A stretch of DNA of 64,000 nucleotides from positions 28,644,001-28,708,000 of the forward strand of contig OZ336895.1 in the NCBI GenBank assembly GCA_965287045.1, written 5' to 3'. This document shows, one piece after another, positions 37,115 through 49,747 of this stretch. The notes beneath the pieces are model-generated. The model made no database searches, was not told the DNA's origin, and saw only the letters and a list, made by a program, of their open reading frames with translations. Source of the stretch: Carcharhinus amblyrhynchos (lineage: Eukaryota). Numbering within the stretch: position 1 is the stretch's first letter; each line of letters begins with the position of its first letter. The position numbers and the translations under genes were made by a program.

Positions 37115-39380
37115 AATTTCACATCCTTGCCATCTCCAAGATTGCCTACTTTCATATATTGCCCATCTCTGTCACTATCTGAGCTCATCCACTGCTGAAA
37201 TCACCAACCATGCCTCCTTATTTCTAAACTTAACAATTCTAGCATTCTCCTAGCTGACTTTCCATCTTTAACGCTCTATGAACTTGAATTCATGCAAAAC
37301 TTTGCTGTCTGTATCCTTGTCTGTATCTCTCTACCCCACATCCCTAGTCTATGGTGGCTTGTGGTTAAGTAATGACTTGATTTTAAAATTTTTGTCCTTG
37401 AGTTCAAATGCTTCATGGTTTTGTCTGTCCCCATTTTCGCATCCCCCAGCAACCCTACATACATCCAAGATCTTTGCATCCTTTAATTCTGGCCCATTGT
37501 TATTTTCTACATTTTCATTATGGTACTGTTGGCAATCTGCCTTCACCTGTCACTGCCTTAAGCTCTGGAATTCCACCCCAAACCTTTCTGCCCCTCTGCT
37601 TTTCCTGTTCCTTAAAACATAGAAACAGAAACATAGAAGATAGGAGCAGGAGGAGGCCTGCTCTGCCATTCATTGTGATCATGGCTGATCGTCCAACTCG
37701 AGAGCCTAATTCTGCTTTTTTCCCTATAACCTTTGATCCCATTTGCCCCAAGTCCTATATCTAGCCACCTCTTCAATAAATTCAATGTTTTGGCGTCAAC
37801 TACTTCCTGTGGTAAGGAATTCCACAGGCTCACCACTCTTCGATGAAGAAATGTCTTCTCAACTCCATCCTAAATGATCTACTCTGAAACCTCAGACAGT
37901 GACCTGTGGTTCTGGACTCCCCCACCATTGGGAACATCCTCCCTGCATTTACCCTGTCTAATCCTGTTAGAATTTTATAAGTCTCTATGAGATCCTCCTT
38001 CGTTCATCTGAACACTAACGAAAACGATCCTAACCTAGTCAATTTCTCCTTATACTTTAGTCCTGCCATCCCCGGAATCTGCCTAGTGAACCTTTGCTGC
38101 ACTCCCTCGAGAGAAAGAACACCCTTCCTCAGAAAAGGAGACCAAAACTGCGCACACTACCCTAGGTGTGGCCTCACCTAGGTCCTGTATAATTGTAGCA
38201 ACACATCCCTGCTCCTTTACTGAACATGTCACAATGAAGACCAATATGCCATTTGCCTTCTTTACCGCCTGCTGCACCTGCATGCTTAATTTCAGTGACT
38301 GGTGCACCAGAACACCCAGGTCCTGCTGCACTCTCCCTGCTCCCAATTTATAGCCATTCAGGTAGTAATCTGCTTTCTTGTTTTTGTTTCCAAAGTGAAT
38401 AACCTCACATTTATCAAAATTATACTGCATCTGCCATTAATTTGTCCACTCACCTAATCTGTCTAGATCATTCTGAAGGATCTCTGCATCCTTGTCATAG
38501 TTCACCCTCCCACCCAACTTGGTATCATCTACAAATTTTGAGATATTACATTTTGTTCCCTCATCCAAATCATTAATATATATTGTGAATAGCTGGGGTC
38601 CCAGCACCAATCCCTGTGTCACCCCACTAGTTACTGCCTGCTAATTGAAAAGCACTCACTAATTCCTACTCTTTCTTTCCTCTCTATCAACTGGTTTTCT
38701 ATCCATCTTTATACACTTCCCCCAATCCCGTGCGCTTTAATCTTGCATGATAACCTCTTATGCAAGACTTTGTCAAATGCTTTCTGAAAGTCTGAAAGTC
38801 CAAATATACCACATCGACTGGCTCTCCCTTGTCAACTCTACTAGTTGCATCTTCAAAGAATTCCAACAGATTTGTTAAGCACGATTTCCCCTTCATAAAT
38901 CTATGCTGACTCTGTCTGATCCCCCTACTCGTTTCTAAATGTCCTGCTGTAAAATCCTCGATAATGGATTTGAGAATTTTCTCCACTACCAATGCTAAGC
39001 TCACTGATTTATAATTCCCTGTTTTCTCTCTACCTCACTTTTTGAATATTGGAGTGACATTAGCTACCCACGAATCTGCAGGGACCGTTCCAGAATCTAT
39101 AGAATCCTGGAAGATGACCACCAATGCATCCACTATTTCTAGAGCCATTCCCTTAAGTACTCTGGGTTGTAGATTGTCAGGCCATGGGGATTTATCCACC
39201 ATCAATGCCATCAATTTTCCCAGTACCATTTCTCTACCATTAGATAAAGTTGCATTTGAAAGCCTATCTCTTGACTAACACTTTGGTAAACTGTGCTATC
39301 TCTTTATGTAGCTAGGTGTCAAATTCTGTTTGATAATTGTTCCTGTGAAGTGGCTTGGAATGGTTTGGTTTGATATGTAT
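37115..39380 (+). mobile_element. L2 3' fragment (37115-37616 and ~39255-39380) split by a CR1 insertion
   Basis: 'gctcatccactgctgaaatc', 'ttaagctctggaattcc...ccttaaaac', resuming after the insertion at 'cctatctcttgac...tgtcaaattctgtttgataattgttcctgtgaag'. Confidence 0.6.
37617..39240 (-). mobile_element. Middle-aged CR1 LINE (AT-richer subfamily), 5'-truncated
   Basis: Minus ORFs 39035-39229, 38699-39004, 38437-38622 (KFVDDTK), 38083-38430 and 37612-37836; (CATAGAAA)n tail. Confidence 0.92.
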
Positions 39381-41683
39381 GTAAGTTTATTATTAATAAT
39401 CTTAGTTAAATGACTGATGTCCATAGTGCAGAACGTCACCATAGCTGAGAAAGAGCTAGTGAGGTAAATCAGGGAGTTGTAGTTCCTTGTCATCAACATT
39501 TTTTTAAAGCTTCCAAATTTAGGAGGAAAGGAAGAGAGGTGAAATTAAAGAGTTCCACTGTTGTGATCCTGTGAAAAAAGGACTTGGAACAGTGTTGTTT
39601 TCTGACATTAATTCTATTTCTAACTGACTCCTCTTCACAGCAGACATTTTTATAATATTGGGATTAATTTAATATTCGCCCACTTTCAAAGATGGACTGT
39701 TGTAAATTTAAATAACTGGCACAGTTCATCAGCATGCTGACTTTACATTTCCCTACACCTCAGAACTACTTAATTGACTATGAATTACTCGGGGATACCC
39801 TAATGTTGTTAAGGTTACTATGTAAATAACTCTACGGCACCACATACGGATAGATAGTTTTAATAAGCTATCATCCTGTCCTTGGAACGCAGCAGCATTG
39901 CATTGGCATTGACCATATTTGGCAAAGAAAATGTTGCTCTTGACGCCAAAGTGCCTTGGTGGATCTGGAAAAATTTAGAAAATAAAGCAGCAAAATCACA
40001 GCTTCCATTCTCTCTCAGTTTCAACTAGGGAAACAATAGCAATATTACAAATGGCCTCAGCATCCAGACAATGGAGTGGGAAAATCAGCCAGAAGTCCAG
40101 TTCCTTATCACTAGTGATCAGCTGGGAAAGGCAAACATGCAGCATTGAGTGAAAGCAGTAATGGAATTCTGTTCAATGTCATCTACAATCATATATTTTT
40201 GCCAACAATGAATGGACTCACACATGAAAGTGACCACTAGTATAGGATCCTGATGGCAGGGGACCTGTCCCCAAGGGATGATAACCTAGAATCAAATGGT
40301 CCAGATTTTACACTTCACTGTCAAGTGATTGTGCTCAATGCTGCCCTTGAAGAAAGCTGCCCATGTCTGTGTTTTACCTTTCCTGGGTGTTAATTTAATT
40401 CTGTTGCTAATTACACAAGATTTCCAAGTGTTCAGTAACAATGGTGCCATCAAACAGACTAAGCAGGAAGTCGTATTGAAGAATTTCCACAGACAGCGAA
40501 ACAGGAAGCATTGAACAAATTTTATCACTCTTTCTAAATTGTGCAGAAAGCAAATTAATGATTGGGGTGTACAACGTGGGTATGATAACTTGAGGCAGGA
40601 GCTGGTTTATTGCAAACAAACACAAATCTGCCTCAGCTTATCACAAGGCAGAAGCTGATATATGCATATTTTAAAATCCATGAAATGTTATATAATCAAA
40701 ATGGAGAAATTTGACGTTCCACAAATGTGCAGCTTGGTTTTCAAGGCCAGAGATTGTTTTGCTGCCACTATTAATTTGGACACCATTAAATGCCCAGTAA
40801 CATCTCATTGAGCAATGCTCAATATTTTCAAGACTTCCACATCCAGATTATAGTGTAAAAAGTGGAAATGTAGGCTATTTCTGATATCGTCCATAACTTT
40901 CTTCCAGGAGCATGCCCCCTTAGAGTGGAGAATCACTAACTGCACCTACTGTTTTGCCATGTTTAACTGCGCTTGTGTGGACATGTGAAGTTGCTGTCAT
41001 TTTCTCAGGGTAATGAGTGCAAATATTGACAGTTTTCACCATCATTACAACTATAAAATCTGGCCCAATCACTAGGAAGAATGTGAAAGAAAAGCACACG
41101 CTGACCAGACAGTTAATCTGAGCAGGGTTTAAAAGATTAACATCCTGCACGGGTACATCTTGCAACATTGATTTGAAGAGCATTTCATTGTGTTTGCCCT
41201 GCAGTGTTTCACCATTTAATTAATGGCTCTAGGGATGTCTAATTCATTAGACATTCAATATCAGAACAGTTCTACATCATAGGTTGTAAACTAGCACTCA
41301 TCAGACAGGTAACATAAAAACATGGTAGTTAGTGATCAGTAGGGTAAGTAAGTCATTTGTCTTTCAGCCTCACCACGATCTGTACATTTTGGGAGGGCAG
41401 GGGGAGTAATAATAATTATCCCAACCATTTTATGAAAATCAGGAGGATGGCCAATGAACAACAAACACTGTTCTTATGGCCCAGAGCCCTTTCCTACCCC
41501 AATTTTGAGCTGGATATACTTTTCTGGGTGCAAGAGGATTTGGGCTGTAACCCGTTTTGAACCTATTTTTCATCATTTGTTAAGCTTGTGATGACATTTG
41601 CAACTGCCCCCCACCCCACCCCACCCCAACCAATCCCATGTCTCACCCTATGCTTAAAAAATACAATCTCCTTTTAACTTTGT

Positions 41684-41962
41684 CCACGGTGGCACAGTGG
41701 GTTAGCACTGCTGCTTTGCAGTGCCAGGAACTAGGGTTCGATTTCTGGCTTGGGTCACTATCTGTGTGGAGCTTGCACGTTCTCCTCGTGTCTGTGTGGA
41801 TTTCCTCTGGGTGCTCCAGTTTCCTCCCGTAGTCTGAAAGACATGCTGGTTAGGTGCATGGACCTGAACAGGTGCCGGACTGTAGCGACTGGGGGAATTT
41901 CACTATAACTTCAATGCAGCGTTAATGTAAGCCTACTTGTGACTAATAATAAACTTTACTTT
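41684..41962 (+). mobile_element. V-SINE with Rex-like tail
   Basis: HE1-like head and V-domain, followed by 'gactgggggaatttcactataacttcaatgcagcgttaatgtaagcctacttgtgactaataataaacttt'. Confidence 0.85.
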
Positions 41963-42314
41963 TGCTGCAGTGAATCATTTAACCCACAGGCACTGGTCCT
42001 CCTTCCATGTTGGGCTCTGTTAGCAAGAAAGTGAACATCAACAGGCAATGCATTTCTGGGTGGCATCACACAGTCAAACATGGTCTATTTCTTACCCAAG
42101 CGCTGTGCTAGATATTTTCCAACAGGGCTTAGGAGCAGGAGGTCGACCTTGTGTTTTGTTCCCCTCTGTTATCTTGGGTTTCTGCTTGAGAAGAAATAAT
42201 ACTTTCTCTGAAATGTGATAATTGGCTGCCTGCCTCCATTCAGTCAGCAGCTGATCCAGGTCCTGTTTTGATGGGGCTCCCTGCTATTTTGAATTCATGC
42301 TTTATCTGACACCC

Positions 42315-42580
42315 CTAACTACTTTACAGCCAATTAATTACTTTTGAAGCACCATTCAGTCAACAAACTATTTGACCCTTCAAGGTCCCACAAACTGCCT
42401 TTGAGATAAATTACTTTCTTTGGTGATGTTAGTTGAAGGGTCTACGTTGTCCAAGGCATTGGAAGAACTCTGTGCTCCTCTTTGAATACTACCATGTTTC
42501 TTTATTGTTCGTCTGAACACGCAAATAGGTTTAATTTTTCATCCAAAAGATAACACCTGCATCATTGCTGTACTAATGTA
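42315..42580 (-). mobile_element. Old DeuSINE-like fragment
   Basis: 'actttacagccaattaattacttttgaag', 'tgatgttagttgaaggg', 'ggtttaatttttcatccaaaaga'. Confidence 0.55.
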
Positions 42581-42753
42581 ATCTAGGCTGACACATGCTG
42601 AGCTGCAGATTTGACTTGGAAGTGAGAATGACTGCAAAGCTATAGAGTAAAATCAAATTCATCAATAACATACTTCCAGCTCATAGCTGCACTGTATGAC
42701 CGTATGTTCGTCAGTTAGGGCTATATATATTTGTAACAGATTGTCCAACATGT

Positions 42754-43180
42754 GCTTGTACTCGTTAGAGTTTAGAAGAATGAGGGGAGATCTCATTGAG
42801 ATGTATAAGATGATGAATGGGATGGATAGGATCGAGGTGGAGAGGCTCTTCCCGCTCAGAAAGGACAGTAGGACTGGGGGCACAGCCTCAAGATAAAGGG
42901 GGGGTGGTTTAGAACGGAGTTGAGGAAGAACTTCTTCACTCAAAGGGTGGTGCATCTCTGGAATTCTCTGCCCGTTGAAGTGGTGGAGGCTACCTCGCTA
43001 AATATTTTTAAGACACGGGTTGATGGGTTTTCGATATGAGAGGGGATGAAGGGTTATGAGGAGAGGGTGGGAATGTGGAACTGAGCCGCGACAGATCAGC
43101 CATGATCTTATTGAATGGCGGGGCGGGCTCGAAGGGCTAGATGGCCTACTCCTGCTCCTATTTCTTATGTTCTTATGTTC
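42754..43180 (+). mobile_element. Young CR1 3' fragment
   Basis: [15 protein letters not shown]...; tail (TTCTTATG)2. Confidence 0.95.
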
Positions 43181-44214
43181 TGGCCAGGGAAGTTCAATGA
43201 ATTAAAGTAAGTTGCCCATTAAGATGAGGAATGGTAACGCAGCAGAATGAAGCACCTAATCTCGTGATCAGTATTCAATCTCACTATTTGTTGAGTCATT
43301 GCACTGTAAAGCCCCCAGAATTCTATCCCAAAGTATGCGTCAGTTCCAGGCATGCAGCAGTGCAAGAGCTTTCCATTTCTCCCACACACCAGAAGTGCAA
43401 AATGCAAATAGTTCTTGAATTTCTTGACTAGCAATAATCTGGTGACTGAGTAAGATAAATTATGAATAACATTAGGGTATTATTTTCAGTTGAGTGAAAG
43501 GCTATTCCAGTGGAGCCTTCAGGCAATCAAATATAAATTGGAGTTGCCCGGGTAGGTTAAAGCCCAAGCTGGACTGCTTCATGGCCCAACTTGTCTGGGA
43601 AACCAAATGAGGCAGTGCAAATCTTGACTTGATAAGAGTGATGACCCAGAAAAAATAAAAGAATTGTAAGTCTTAGCATCCTTGAAGGCTAACAGTGACA
43701 GATGATCAGTTTTAACATGACCTGTGATTCAAATACCAATGTCCAGGAACCAGATGGATAATTTTAAAAGGATAACATCAAAGACAGTAGGGAACATCTT
43801 GGATAAATTAATGTATTCAGCATGTTCTCTTGTCCAGTAAGAGGACAAATGGAACATCTTTAAAGGTGTCAGCATATGTAACAAATTAATCAGAGGCAAA
43901 GTAGGGAAAAAACAACCTCTACAAAACCCTGTTGGACAAAGATTTGGAAGATCATTGTGGATGCAGGAAGGTTTATAAATAAGTTAAAAGGGTGACTAGA
44001 GGACCAAATAAGATAAGACATTCTCCCTTACTGCTACTGCATTGGAGGAGCAATTAGAAAAGAGGAGAGAACCACAAAACAAAATTCAGATGAAGCTGAA
44101 ACTAAGGATAGACATGAAATAGAACGAATGATTAATTCCTCCAAACGTCCACTAGGGAGGATATCTATAATCTTTGTATAACGAACAACTTTAGTATAAA
44201 TTAAATGGAATGCT

Positions 44215-44860
44215 CAAAACAAATTCTTCAAGTAGGAGACAATTCAGTCCATCTTGTTTGTGTCAGTTATGTGCTCAAAAAATCCAGAACTAATTTCCAT
44301 TGCTTTCCTTCTTCCCAAAACCTTATATTTTCTTTTTGCTTGGTTATCCAGTTTCTTTTAAATGATCTTATACCTCTGCCTCCACCATCCTCTGTTACAA
44401 AGCATTCCATGCTCCAGCAATTTTAAGTAAAGACATTTCTGCTAACATCATTCCCCGTCACAATTTCAAATTGATTCCCTTTGTCAGTTGCTTTCCAACA
44501 AAAGGAAATCGTCTATTCCCTATTCACTCTCAAAGGCTTTTGTAAGATTGAGGATACTCATTATAGCTTCTTTGGCCTTCTCTGCTCGATTGGAAATTGT
44601 CCCAGTCTCTCCTCATAATTATAGTTTCCCATTCTTGGTATCATTCTGCTGCATTTACACTGTACATTCACTGGCTGTAATTTCCTTCCTTTAATTGGAT
44701 ACCAAAAAAATTTATACAATAGTTTTTGTCCAGCCATTGTCTTGTGGAATAAGGGAATATTGTTGCAGTTGTACTGCATGCTTGTACTTGTGAATTTCAA
44801 AATGCTGTTTGCCTTTTCAAAAATCACTACCTACCTGTATTTTCCCCTTCAAGGAGTTAT
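44215..44860 (-). mobile_element. Highly degenerate CR1 3' region
   Basis: Minus ORF 44561-44827 KANSIL...FWYP...RMIPRMGNYNYEERL. Confidence 0.55.
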
Positions 44861-45521
44861 ATTGTTATGATCTTGAGAGAGACCATTAACTTTTAAAAAT
44901 AAATTCAAACTCTCAGTTATCAACTGAACAAATTATGCAACAAAAATTCACAGTTTAAACAAAAGAATTTGGTGTATAAGAATTAAGCAAAGCAAGTTCA
45001 ACTAACAATGCTGTATTTCATAAAACCTTGTCCTTTAAGCCCAGAAGTTTCACCAGGGCAATCCCGGTTCTATTTTATTTTTCCCATACATTACAGAACC
45101 TTGAAAGATCTTTTACTTCTCATGGAACCAAACTAAGGTGTGCCATAGTTCTCTTCAGTGTCCTGCTACTCTCACAAGTATGAGGTTTCTTGAGACTTCT
45201 CAATAACATCCAGCTGAGCAATGCTGTAACTCCTTCAGCACCTCATGATTTGTGGATGCTCCAGCTTACACCTGGCCCTCACCACACTCATGTTTAGTGG
45301 TTCCAACTCAGAAATACCCCTGATTTCTGAATGTACTTTTGGTTTGGTCTACAGCTGTGAGCAGGTTTCCTCTCTACTTCTCAAAGATATTTCCAGACCA
45401 TAACTGCCTGGGTCTGGCAGTTTCTGTCACACAGATAAACCAAACACAAAAACGCTGCTTCCCTGCAGTCTATCCCCATGGCTATGTGGCATTCCTGGGA
45501 TGTCCCAGATAGAAATTTCAA

Positions 45522-45863
45522 ATCATAGAATCATAGAACCCTACAGTGCAGAAAGAGGCCCTTTGGCCCATCAAGTCTGCACCGAACACAATTCCACTCA
45601 GGCCCTACCCCCATATCCCTACATGTTATACCCACTAATCCCTCTAACCTGTGCATCCCTGGACACTAAGGGGCAATTTCTTAGCATGACCAATCAACCT
45701 TACCCGCACATCTTTGGACTGTGGGAGGAAACCAGAGTACCTGGAAGAAACGCACGCAGACACGAGGAGAATGTGCAAACTCCACATAGACAGTGACCTG
45801 AGCCAGAAATTGAACCCAGGACCCTGGAGCTGTGAAGCAGCAGTGCTAACCACTGTGCTACCG
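45522..45863 (-). mobile_element. HE1-type V-SINE with CR1-like tail
   Basis: (CATAGAAT)n tail, 'ctttggactgtgggaggaaacc', 'cagcagtgctaaccactgtgctaccg'. Confidence 0.9.
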
Positions 45864-46939
45864 GTCTGCCCAAAAAGGTACCTCCAGCTATAAACCTGTC
45901 CTTTGATCTGGGAATCCGTATGAATAACATATAATTTAAGACAAATGGGGTCTTACCAGCTTATTTGCTCTATTAAAAACTTCAAATTCAGGTCACCCAT
46001 TCTTACTTGCAGCTCTGACCTTATTGAATAAATACATTGCTATCCTTTGAATTGCATTCGCTTCAAATCTGTTTACCAACTTCCCAAAACCTGGTGCTTC
46101 CATTATTTTATTTTTAAAAACTTCAACCCCTCAACTCAAAGTTATATTCCAATGATCTTTGAATCATCTTTTTCCTTCCTGTGTTCTCCTGAGATTTGCT
46201 ACTATGTACCAAACCCCCTAACTCTTGTGTTGTCAGCAAATTTGCTGATGTGCCAAAATCGAAAACAAGTAGAGCTGTGCTGAACCCTCCGGAGCTGCTT
46301 GAGGCCTACATCGAAAGTGTCTTTGCAGGGCCAGTGTAGTCCAGCTTTGTTTGATTCAAAACAGCCTCGCCCCTTTTTTTTACTGCATTAGCTGCCATAA
46401 AGCAGATAATTTTAAAGGACCTAGTGAAATTGGCAGGTTTTTGGGAGCTAAGTGTATGGGAATTGGGTGGTTGAGGGGATCGGGGATGGGGGTGGGTCAG
46501 TCAGAGGTTAGGGGTGGGACGTTTGGGGGCGGAGCGGAAGCTGGGGCAGATCTGAGGTGGGACAGTGGGCCAAAGGTGGGGAATACCAGAGAAGGGTAAG
46601 GTAAGCCCAACTCGGGATGTGGGGAAGGGAGGGTCAACGGGGATGTTTGGGAGAGGAGGTGTGCAGGAATCTGAGCATTTAAAATAGTTATGCAGAAGCT
46701 AGAAGAGGTTTTTTTTTCTAACGTTTTCTGAGTCACCCAAGCAGAACCATCCAAAATTAGTGATTTAAATCGCTTTGTCAGATGTTTCCCTGTGCAGTGC
46801 AGCACAGTTATCCAGGGGAAGTTGGTGCTTCTGGACAGTTGCCATACAAATGCTTACCTGGGAAGGTCTAAGAGGGATTCCCCAGTGCATCTTTTAGGTA
46901 GCCCGAAATCCGAAGTTGGGGAGCCGGGAAGTTGTGGCC

Positions 46940-49500
46940 CCAGAGTCACACTCTAAGAATAAAGAGTTGGCTATTTAGGACTGATGAGGAATGTCGTAGT
47001 AGAGTGTTGTGATTCTTTGGAACTCTACCTCCAGAAGGCTATGTTGAGTATATTTTAACTCAAATTCACATATTTTTGAACAATATGGATTCGGCAATCA
47101 TTGAACACCTTTTAACTTAGGTTGATATATTTTACAACACTACGAGATCAGTGGAAAAGTGAATATGGTGGGAATTTGGAATCAACGTAGAACATCAGCC
47201 ATGATCTTGTTGAATGGAAGAGATGCTCGAGGGTTTGAATGGCCTACTTCCCTTGTTTGGGAATGAGAATTCCAACACTCCAGTGAAGAAATTTCTCCAT
47301 ATCTCTGTCTTAAATGGCAAACTCTTCGTCGTGAGACTATGACCCCTAGTTAACAAGACTGTTCAGCCAGAGGAAGCAGCCTTTCAACATCTACCCTGAT
47401 AACTCAGAATATCCCTTTTTTGGATTTTGGCACATCATCAAATTTGCTGATGACATAAAAGTAGGGGGTTTCTTGTTTCTTGTTCTTGTTGTTCTTAACT
47501 CATTTGTATATACCAGACATGGAAATGAGTCTAACATCGGTCTCTGAGGTTGCTTTGGCAGCATTCTGCATTCCAGGCAACTTTGATTAACTTTATCCAT
47601 TATTTCCTGTCCATTAACTATCTATCCATGCTCACCCTTTTCTCTTACCAGAACACTTGAACCTTTTTAAGAAAGCTTTCTGTAAGGCACATTATGGAAC
47701 ATCTGGCGCTTGATATACACTGCATTTACTGCATTCCCTTTTGTCCACTTGGTTGGTTGCTTGAAAAACAACTATTAAATTTGCCAAGCACAACTGGCCA
47801 TTAACAAACTCATACAAACTAACTCATAATTTTATCACAGATTATAGACTTTTGTCTGCGGCTGACAATTGTTCCATATCTTTCTTTCATGCAGCTACAT
47901 TCTCTCATCCACTATTGATTATAAATAGTGACTTGGGCGTCGGGGGGTTGTGAAGGGGTTCTTTGTTGGAGAAGTGCCTGTAAATGGCTGAAATCAGCTG
48001 TTCCTTCAAGTTTTCCATGATTCCACCAAAATTACTGTGGTGAAACCTCATGTAAATTCTCCCCTAAAATGTTTAATACATCTGTGCCACATCCGTTAGC
48101 TCATCTGCATGACTAAATTTATTTTACATCCCTGAGTGGTGCCACTCTTTAAATGTCCTTTTATATTTTTATAAAAGTTTTTACTGTTTTTTTTCATCCA
48201 TTAACCTACTTTGAATTTCCTTTGTCGACTCCTAATCTTTTCACCTACCTGCTGTTCTTTTTCCCATCATGGTATCATTAATCCTGTTTCTGCTTTTACC
48301 CATATGTTTCCCTTTTAAGGTTCAGTGCAATTTTAACATATTTACATAAATCCCCAGGAATGATAGGTATTTATCATCAAGACTCTTGAGAGAGATGAGG
48401 GGAGAGATCTGTGAGGCCCTAACAATTGTTCTATGGACTCATTGGAGAAGTTCCAGTAGATTAGAAACAGACCAATGATGAAGTAGATGCAATAAAGTCT
48501 AGATCCATTAATCTTTCAAGTCTAAAATAATGTAATTATTAACTGCAGTAATAACCTAACAAAAAGCTTGAGCATGAGTTCAGAAAGGGAAAATCTGGCC
48601 TGACCAATCTCATTAGTATGTTTTGAGAAAATTGCATTTCAAATGAAATGCTTAATTCCTTGCAGGAGTGTGGCTGCAATTCTGAGAAAAGTTCTCCAAA
48701 AAGGGAGTTTTAGTAATGCTCAAAATAGTGGGATTCACTGGATACATTAGGAATGGATAACATATTGGTTGAATGTTAGAAAATAGCTGGTTTCAAACGA
48801 GTTATGTCCAGGGCAATGTGAAGACAGAATTCCTACTGTTTCTAATTTACCTTAATTACCTGGATTCAGAAACTTATTGCAGCTTATGAACTACAAAATG
48901 TACAAAATGATGCGAAATTCATCATGGACAAAGTGCTTCATGTAGGAGGAAAACAGTGCATGAATTTAAATGACATAGAAATGTCAAAAATAGGATCAGG
49001 AACAGGCCATTTGGCTCTTCGAGCCTGGTCCACCATTCAACATGATCATGGCTGATCCTCTATCTCAATGCCATACTCATCCTCCTGATCTTGTTGTCTT
49101 TAATTCTAGAAATTAATCTATGTCTTTGTTTAAATAGATTCTATGATTTGGCCTCCACAGCCTTCTCTGATAGAGAATTCCGTAGGTTTTCCATCCTCTG
49201 AATAAATTCCTCCTAATCTCAGTCCTTGATGGTTTGCCCCCTGTGTCATCAGACTGTGATCCCTTATTCTAGGCTCCAGTCCCAGCCAGAGGAAACATTA
49301 CCCCTACGTCCAGCCTGTCCAGTCTAGTCAAATTTTTATGTTTCAATGAGATCCCCTCTTATTCCTCTAAATTGCAGTGAATACAGGCCTAGTTGACCCA
49401 AGCACTTCTCATACAGCAATCATTAGACAAGGAGACCAAACACAGTACTCCGGGTGTGGTCTCACCAATGTCCTGAACAGCTGCAGTAAGACATCCTTGC
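46940..49500. mobile_element. Mosaic of old CR1 fragments in both orientations (clearest: minus-strand 3' end at 48972-49500)
   Basis: KFADDIK at 47440, FRKGKSGLTNL at 48578, CR1 tails at 47190-47250 (+) and 48972-49060 (-). Confidence 0.6.
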
Positions 49501-49527
49501 TTAGTACTCATATCTTCTCTCTCTTCA

Positions 49528-49747
49528 GGGTGTCACAGTGGTTTGTACTATGGCCTCACAATGCCAGGTACCCGAGTTTGATTCCAGTCTTGGTGACTGT
49601 GTGGAGTTTGCACATTCTCATGTCTGTGTGGGTTTCCTCTGGGTGCTCCAGTTTCCTCCCACGTCCAAAGATGTGTAGGTTAGATGATTTGGTCATACTA
49701 AATTGCCTATTAGTGTCAAAAAATGAGTAAATTAGGTGGATTAGCCA
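49528..49747 (+). mobile_element. 3'-truncated HE1-type V-SINE
   Basis: 'cacagtggtttgtacta...gagtttgattcc...tgtgtggagtttgcacattctc...ttcctcccacgtccaaagatgtg'. Confidence 0.8.

Noticed and set aside
44864-45930. Possible solo LTR (TG...CA) interrupted by a SINE
   Set aside because: No TSD, primer-binding site or second copy could be verified.
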